A program made the position numbers and the translations under genes. A DNA stretch of 64,000 bases from Gemmatimonadota bacterium (GTDB lineage: Bacteria; Gemmatimonadota; Gemmatimonadetes; Palauibacterales; Palauibacteraceae), in assembly GCA_039588275.1 (NCBI GenBank), contig JBDHAC010000027.1:32070-96069 (forward strand), in the 5' to 3' direction. The notes beneath the pieces were generated by a model that did no database searches, was not told the DNA's origin, and saw only the letters and a program-made list of their open reading frames with translations. This document shows, piece by piece, positions 61,831-64,000 of the stretch. Each line of letters starts with the position of its first letter. Position 1 is the first letter of the stretch.

Positions 61831-62385
61831 TCAGAACTCCAACCGGTCGCCCACCTCGACCCCATTCGTCTCGAACCAACCGAGGTTCATCTCGAGTGCG
61901 TACATCATGGGATATCTCGATGTGGTCAGCTCGTCGGTCTGCGGCTGCATCTGCTGGACGTCCACGATCAAGCCATCCGGATCGATGAACGCGATGTCGA
62001 GCGGGATCAGCGTGTTCCGCATCCAGAAGGACCGGACCTGCTGGCTGGCGTACACGAACAGCATCCCCTGGTCCTCGGGGAGCGATTCGCGGTACATGAG
62101 GCCCCTCTCGCGCTCCGACGCGTCGTCGGCGATCTCGACGCGGATCTCGTGGCCTCCGACGCGCACGGCCACGAGCTCGCCCGAGCCGACCTGGCTCGAG
62201 TCACCGGGCGATCCGGCCTCCTGGGAGAGCAGAGGCGTGGGCACATCCTGCGCCCCGTTCCCCTCCCCGCCCCCCCCACACGCCACCGCGAACGCCAGGG
62301 CCGCACACACACCCCCTGCCCTGCGAAGTCCGACTCGCGGCGCGTGCGGCGCGCGAGCGCCCTCGTGCGTTGAAAGCTCGATCAT
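61831..62385 (-). CDS. DUF192 domain lipoprotein-like protein
   Basis: RGLMYR, GMLFVY, FWMRNTLIPLDIAFI, ALEMNLG; start uncertain. Confidence 0.88.
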   Translation of the reverse strand: MIELSTHEGARAPHAPRVGLRRAGGVCAALAFAVACGGGGEGNGAQDVPTPLLSQEAGSPGDSSQVGSGELVAVRVGGHEIRVEIADDASERERGLMYRESLPEDQGMLFVYASQQVRSFWMRNTLIPLDIAFIDPDGLIVDVQQMQPQTDELTTSRYPMMYALEMNLGWFETNGVEVGDRLEF

Positions 62386-62448
62386 GCGATCCTCCAGACC
62401 GGGGTGGCTCTCCGTCTCAACCTAGCGACCCGGGTTTCAGGTCGAAAA

Positions 62449-62628
62449 GCGGTGCGGCCACGCCGGACGCCGTCCGGCAAGCTTCATGCAGATATGGTGT
62501 ACCCGGTTGGGGCCGTCGTGGCTCCTGCTTGGGGTCGAATCCTCAAGTGGGGCACCCAGATACAGCGCCCGAACGGGGTGACGGTGGTGACGCTCGTCAC
62601 GTCATCTTGATGAGGGTGAGCCGCCCGC
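62449..62628 (+). ncRNA. Rod-shaped structured RNA (~180 nt), probable 6S RNA
   Basis: Nested end-to-end pairing read by eye, with several G-U pairs favouring the + strand; length and shape fit 6S RNA. Confidence 0.55.
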
Positions 62629-62678
62629 ACACCGGGCCGGTTGTCGCGAAGAGCGACCGCCGGATACGATCCGGTCGA

Positions 62679-62708
62679 GCAGGCCGCTGAACAACGCTAG
62701 CGACCTGC
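62679..62708. repeat. REP-like palindrome of the dispersed intergenic motif family
   Basis: GCAGGCCGCT-N10-AGCGACCTGC; left arm matches the reverse complement of the 2398-2420 repeat. Confidence 0.6.
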
Positions 62709-62730
62709 CAGGAGGCCGAGGAGGGTCGAC

Positions 62731-63468
62731 ATGATCCTACCCAACGTACGCGCGTCGTTTGGCAGGGACGAGGCGCACTTGCTGATTCGCGCCCTGGGTC
62801 GTGACGACCCGGCACGCGAGCGTCGGTGGGAGTCGATCCTGAGCGAGCGGGGCATCGATCCCCTGCTGGACGATCCGGCGACGCTCGAGTCGATCATGGA
62901 GGGGACGAACATCTCCACCTTCCCGCTTCGGATCGTTCTGTACGTTCTTCTGCGTCAGAGCCTGCTCACGGGCGGCATCGAGAGCCGGGTGTTGGCCGAC
63001 TATCTGGCGTCGCTCGTCCTGCACTTCGGTAAAGGCGATCGATTCACCCGAATCGCCGAATACGACGACGAGGAATACCGCTATCTGGTCGACATCCTCC
63101 AGGACATCGGTGAGGCGTCCGGCCCGCGGGCGTTCCTCCTACGTGCGCATCTGGGCAACTTCGCCCTGTGGCTGTCGGGCCTCTTCCCGGATTACATCAC
63201 CGCGCGGATGAACCGTGCCGGCGGACCGAACCTTGACTACTACGAGGAGATGGGTCAGGCCGGGTTCCTGCTCGCGTCCGAAGATCCGTATGCGCGCCGA
63301 CAGGCTCTGGATTCCTTGTTCCGCGATGCGGCGGGAGCGTTCGTGCCCATGCGTCGCGCGCTGAACCGCTTCTCGGATCGTTTCCTGGTGCCCCACGCCG
63401 CGTCCCCGGTCGATAGACTTCTGCGGCAGGTGAAGAGCGACTTCGAGGAGGGCTGGTTGCAGGCCTGA
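62731..63468 (+). CDS. Hypothetical protein (245 aa)
   Basis: GGAGG RBS, long clean ORF, motif LGNFALWLSGLFPD. Confidence 0.8.
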   Translation: MILPNVRASFGRDEAHLLIRALGRDDPARERRWESILSERGIDPLLDDPATLESIMEGTNISTFPLRIVLYVLLRQSLLTGGIESRVLADYLASLVLHFGKGDRFTRIAEYDDEEYRYLVDILQDIGEASGPRAFLLRAHLGNFALWLSGLFPDYITARMNRAGGPNLDYYEEMGQAGFLLASEDPYARRQALDSLFRDAAGAFVPMRRALNRFSDRFLVPHAASPVDRLLRQVKSDFEEGWLQA

Positions 63469-63484
63469 TACGGAGGCGTATCTT

Positions 63485-63506
63485 TGTTCTCAACAGCGTG
63501 AGAACA
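63485..63506. promoter_or_regulatory. Perfect inverted repeat upstream of fur (candidate operator)
   Basis: TGTTCTCA-ACAGCG-TGAGAACA. Confidence 0.5.
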
Positions 63507-63553
63507 GCCCATGTAGCGGGGCGTTGCACCGATCGCCACCCCGGAGACTACGC

Positions 63554-64000
63554 ATGAACGAAGTCGTCACACCCCGTCCGCCTCTCGGCTGCGCGGCCGT
63601 GATGATGAGTCTCTTCAGGGCCTCGCTTCACGAGCATCACCTGCCGGTGACGCACCAGCGCGCGGCGATCGCACGCACGCTGTTCGAGTCCGCCGCGCAT
63701 CTGTCCGCCGACGACATCGCGGCCCGTCTGCGCGAGGGCGGAGACCACGTGGGAAAGGCGACCGTGTATCGCACGCTCAGCTTGCTGGTCGAGGTCGGCC
63801 TGGCCACCGAGCACGATTTCGATGAAGGCTTCAAACGGTACGAGCCTCGCATCGGACCCGCACACCACGATCACCTCATCTGCACGTCCTGCGGCGAAGT
63901 CGTGGAGTTTCATCGCGGCGAGCTTGACCGGATCCAGGCAGAGGTCGCGAGCGCTCGCGGATTCCACATCGTAACGCGTCAGCTGAAGCTGTACGGACTC
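63554..64000 (+). CDS. fur: Fur family transcriptional regulator (truncated by window end, not in ORF track)
   Basis: Hand translation: VTHQRAAI, HLSADD, KATVYRTL, HHDHLICTSCG; GGAG before ATG. Confidence 0.88.
   Translation, partial: MNEVVTPRPPLGCAAVMMSLFRASLHEHHLPVTHQRAAIARTLFESAAHLSADDIAARLREGGDHVGKATVYRTLSLLVEVGLATEHDFDEGFKRYEPRIGPAHHDHLICTSCGEVVEFHRGELDRIQAEVASARGFHIVTRQLKLYGL

Noticed and set aside
63548..63967. 139-aa minus-strand ORF at the window end
   Set aside because: Antisense shadow of the plus-strand fur gene

Overview
GC-rich bacterial chromosomal window; gene content (short FCB-type RpoD, HVGN-type LeuRS, GldA/GldFG/DUF4340) suggests Gemmatimonadota, which is an inference. 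Most of it is housekeeping: mtgA, pspA, csoR-copA, apgM, ccmABCD, a sigma-70 factor, DsbA-VKOR, gyrA, uvrA, waaA, leuS, acs, a DPP-IV peptidase, fumC and a truncated fur. The standout is a ~7.7 kb co-directional cassette (43461-51188): sensor kinase, sigma-54 response regulator, type-1 copper (cupredoxin-like) protein, Cyc2-like cytochrome-porin fusion, second porin and diheme cytochrome c, with a candidate enhancer plus -24/-12 promoter in its only large gap. This is a candidate regulated extracellular electron-uptake (metal-oxidation) conduit. Non-coding highlights: a ~300 bp MITE with terminal inverted repeats and a target duplication that split a GTGA stop/start overlap, a dispersed intergenic repeat family, a ~180 nt rod-shaped RNA (probable 6S RNA), a CsoR operator and a palindrome upstream of fur. 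Two genes absent from the ORF track were read by hand (ccmD, fur). All protein calls come from motif recognition, not database searches.
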